DNA from: Octopus sinensis
Taxonomy: Eukaryota
Direction of reading: 5' to 3'
DNA length: 64,000 bases
Assembly (NCBI RefSeq): GCF_006345805.1
Contig: NC_043015.1
Span: 9,238,001-9,302,000 of the forward strand
Both the position numbers and the translations under genes were made by a program. Below are positions 62,186-64,000 of the stretch, in pieces (positions within the stretch are counted from its first letter, which is position 1; each line of letters begins with the position of its first letter). The notes under the pieces are model-generated. The model did not search any database, was not told the DNA's origin, and was given only the letters and a program-made list of their open reading frames with translations.

Positions 62186-64000
62186 TAACTCACTTAATAT
62201 TTAACTCACTTAATATTTATCCGTATTTCCACATACTAAGTATATATTTGATAGCCTTCAAAATATCGGGAACTTTGTACATTGCATCCTTAAAATTAAT
62301 GATTTCATTTTCAGTTGTTGTTACTAAAATGTTTCAAGTGACGAATAGGTAATCATAATCTGTATTCATTCGGTTATCTTAGAGAGAAGAGATTTCCTTT
62401 GGTACAGATCTAAATGCCAATTTCATTTTTCGAATAGCCATTAAATGATGTTTCTTCTCAGAATTTATTGACTATGAAATGGTTTGACTAAGGTTTCATG
62501 CGAAATGATTTGACTCCAGAATCGTCCATTTTCTTTGTAAATTTCATATTTACATTCTCGTCTGCGTAAGTATCATAAACACTCTTTAACATATGTTTAC
62601 AGTCCTTGATTAATATTACAAACTATTTTGGCTCTAACACCAATCAAGTATTCACCTTTTACACATTTACAAAACTGTGAGAGCTTGTTACTTTTGTCAA
62701 TATTTATTTAAATTGAAGTTAAATAAATGTGTATTTTTATTTAAAGCCAAAACAAAAAACGAGATTTTAGCATCATATATTGTTTCGATAATCACTTATT
62801 TTTTGCATGCTGAGATAATCAAATTTGTTCATTCCAGTTTGTTTGTTCGATTACATTTGTCTGGAAAGCCTGAACAAAATAAACAAAATCTGAGCAAGGT
62901 GAGGTTTAAGCATTGGTTTTAAAACATTTCTTAATTCAACTTTAATGGATTGCAAAAGAAACGCCGCAGTGCGCACTACATAGGCTGTAACGTTAATTAA
63001 CGTGTGAGAAAAAATCCATAGTTTCTTAAGTGTGAGCCACGGGTAACCGCCTTATCTACTGAAGCTTATATGAATAATTTTGGAATAATTTTATCTCTAA
63101 ATTCTTTATATGATGAAGATAAGAAGCGTAGTTGTGTCCATGGTTTTTGCCCTTTATTTTCAATTTTTGATTTCTTCCTAATTTCAATGATTGTTTGCCC
63201 CCATAAAATTTACTGTACTAATTAGGTTTTACTAAAATAGCATTTCGATAACTCTTGCGAAATGTAGTGCGGATTTACCAACAATAACAAAACAAATACC
63301 TGAATGCGCTTTTCGGGCCACCAATATGTTCGTAAAAGGGATACTAAGATTAACGACTGATAATAAGCTCTCTGATAAATACACTCATGATTTAAACTTT
63401 CAGGGCAGTTCATACAAATTTCTGATTCAGCTATTAGCTTATCTGAAGCCATCGATAGCCTACGATTATGTGCTTAGCTGTAAAATTTCTCGTAATAAAA
63501 ACGACGGCAACGATAACAGTTTCCGATGTATCAATGTTACAGGATAACACTTTTCCAAGATTCGTGAATTAAATAACTGATATTTTTCATTCAGAAAATA
63601 TGCCAGCAGGTGATACAAAGGGAATACTTTGTTTACCCTCAACTTGAGGGTAAACAATTAATTGTTAGACAGATCGTAGAAAATGGTCAATGTTTTTACA
63701 CATACACACAAGAGCAGGGTATTAAGTGATTAAAACTGATGATATCCTGTGAAAATCTAACTTCATACTTGCCAATACTGTACATTCCACAACGCCAATT
63801 CCTATTTCCAGAAAAAATGACATATACTATGAATGTTTATAGCCAGGTCTGTGAGTATACGGTTGGTATCAAACTTTTATTTGCATTTCTAGTATTTGCT
63901 TAAGGTAGTTTATAAATAGACAAGATTGCTATGGGGAAGGAACGCCAAGCTATCTTGATTCCTGCTTGTATCTACCTGCCGATTTCGATGTTTATTCTTG

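Noticed and set aside
63236-63547. 103-codon open frame
   Set aside because: Several ORFs of this length are expected by chance, and there is no recognisable domain.

Overview
AT-rich eukaryotic genomic DNA crowded with (TA)n/(CA)n microsatellites and transposable elements. The SINE repertoire and repeat style point to an octopod cephalopod (inference, not checked against a database). No intact host gene can be supported; there are only weak exon candidates. The one long real ORF (6460-7755) is the 3' part of a Penelope-like retroelement (PLE; RT plus GIY-YIG). Other content: two more decayed PLEs, a 5' fragment of an RTE LINE, dead mariner and Tc1-like transposons, five MITEs and many tRNA-derived SINEs. 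The main result is that the window is rich in type I hammerhead-ribozyme (HHR)-like motifs, found by eye. These include: a 2.4-kb inverted array of a non-coding ~545-bp unit with one HHR per unit (8801-11223, retrozyme-like); a 130-bp spacerless palindrome encoding an HHR on each strand (56932-57061); a near-canonical HHR at 41551-41613; an HHR with a compensated U3-A8 core behind a six-module CCAAT+CRE promoter in a PLE terminus; and a tRNA-headed element carrying a decayed HHR. No folding, alignment or database search was run, so element boundaries are approximate unless terminal repeats define them.
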